The position numbers were made by a program, and so were the translations under genes. This document shows positions 63,250 through 64,000 of a stretch of 64,000 nucleotides of DNA, in pieces. The stretch is from the IMG/VR virus record IMGVR_UViG_3300049844_000087, positions 1 through 64,000 of that record; one strand, written 5' to 3'. The notes below the pieces were generated by a model. It did no database searches and had not been told where the DNA came from. It saw only the letters and a list, made by a program, of their open reading frames with translations. Each line of letters starts with the position of its first letter. The first letter of the stretch is position 1. Source of the DNA: a virus (lineage: Duplodnaviria; Caudoviricetes).

Positions 63250-63755
63250 GTCTCATTTTGAGACGCTCATTTTGTTTTTTCTTTTTTATCTTATAAGGTC
63301 TTGAAAGTTTAGGATTGAAAGCCTTATGCGCTCGACTAGATACTGTCTAGACGGCTTTCGTCTGTCTTGCAAGCCGTTGACTTTCGTCTTGAAACCGCTG
63401 TCAGTCTCATTCTGAGAATTTATTTTTGATTTTTTTGCTTTCAAGCCTTAAGTCCTGTCAATTGACGCCGATAAGTATAAGGTCAAGACAAGCAAGTCTT
63501 GCAAAACAAAGGAGTATCAAAATGAAACGAAATTCAATCAACGGACATCTTGTTTCAATATGGAACGAAATCGTTGACCAACTAAGTCTGTCTCAATATG
63601 AGTCAACTATGGGTGGCGACATGTCTTATAAGTCTAAGGCGGAAAGGGCAATGCAAGTGTCTCGAAATAAGACGGTTCATGCCTTATGTCTCGAATTGAT
63701 AAACGTCTATGATTCTCATTTCGGGACAAGTGCCTTAACTGTCTCAAATAGAGAC
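63250..63755. repeat. Five copies of the GTCTCA-N3-TGAGAC palindrome
   Basis: 63250 (perfect), 63404, 63590, 63659, 63741. Confidence 0.75.
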
Positions 63756-63773
63756 TTTTCTGATTTTGAGTGA
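63522..63773 (+). CDS. Hypothetical early protein
   Basis: AAGGAG RBS before the ATG at 63522; followed by a terminator. Confidence 0.65.
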   Translation: MKRNSINGHLVSIWNEIVDQLSLSQYESTMGGDMSYKSKAERAMQVSRNKTVHALCLELINVYDSHFGTSALTVSNRDFSDFE

Positions 63774-63809
63774 TTTTCACGGTCTGTCAATATAAGGCTT
63801 TCGTCAAGG

Positions 63810-63839
63810 CGGCGGTTTCAAGACCGCCGTTTTATTTTT
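63810..63839 (+). terminator. Intrinsic terminator
   Basis: CGGCGGT-TTCAAG-ACCGCCG followed by TTTTATTTTT. Confidence 0.8.
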
Positions 63840-64000
63840 GCTTATCCTTATCAGTCCTGAAAGCCGTTGACCTGTCTTGTCTGTCCTTATGCCTTTCGGT
63901 CTGTCTTATCCTGTCTTGTCCTTATGTTTCCTTATACGGTCTTAAGACTTTCAATTTATTTTTTGCTGTCTAAGGCATTGAATTCAAGGTCGAATCTCAT

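Noticed and set aside
1-64000. Stop-codon reassignment, DGR or retron systems
   Set aside because: Genes are full length in the standard code with TAA, TAG and TGA all used as stops; no reverse transcriptase motif or TR/VR pair seen

Overview
A 64-kb segment of a large dsDNA tailed phage with a contractile tail and an SPO1/Twort-like major capsid protein. It uses the standard genetic code and is almost fully coding. Bases 1-44053 are a minus-strand virion block. Read in transcription order it runs: sigma-region-4-like HTH, prohead protease, scaffold, major capsid, head decoration/fibre genes, lysis-type genes, head-tail joining genes, tail sheath and tube, chaperones, an HNH endonuclease, tape measure, baseplate hub/spike/wedge, and tail-fibre genes. 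No portal or terminase is recognisable in the window. Bases 44054-44738 are a divergent control region with promoters, three kinds of repeated or palindromic sites, a candidate structured RNA and a tRNA-CAT. Bases 44739-62951 are a dense plus-strand early/middle block: IlvE-like aminotransferase, ThyX, tyrosine recombinase, DEDDh exonuclease, peptide deformylase, UDG-like protein, SET domain, AAA+ ATPase, HNH, metallophosphoesterase, NifU-C, DenV-like glycosylase and many small hypotheticals. After about 63.2 kb the composition changes abruptly to GTC/GAC-rich sequence. The most unusual signals are: (i) a promoter- and terminator-bounded ~89-nt RNA after the capsid gene carrying two exposed anti-Shine-Dalgarno tracts; (ii) two 15-bp palindromic operator-like families shared by the central control region and the far-right region; (iii) a 17-residue C-terminal peptide shared by two unrelated proteins and diverged mostly at synonymous sites; (iv) two non-canonical tRNA-like RNA folds; (v) a copy of the capsid N-arm inside the prohead protease. 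All family assignments come from motifs read by eye; no database search or folding computation was run.
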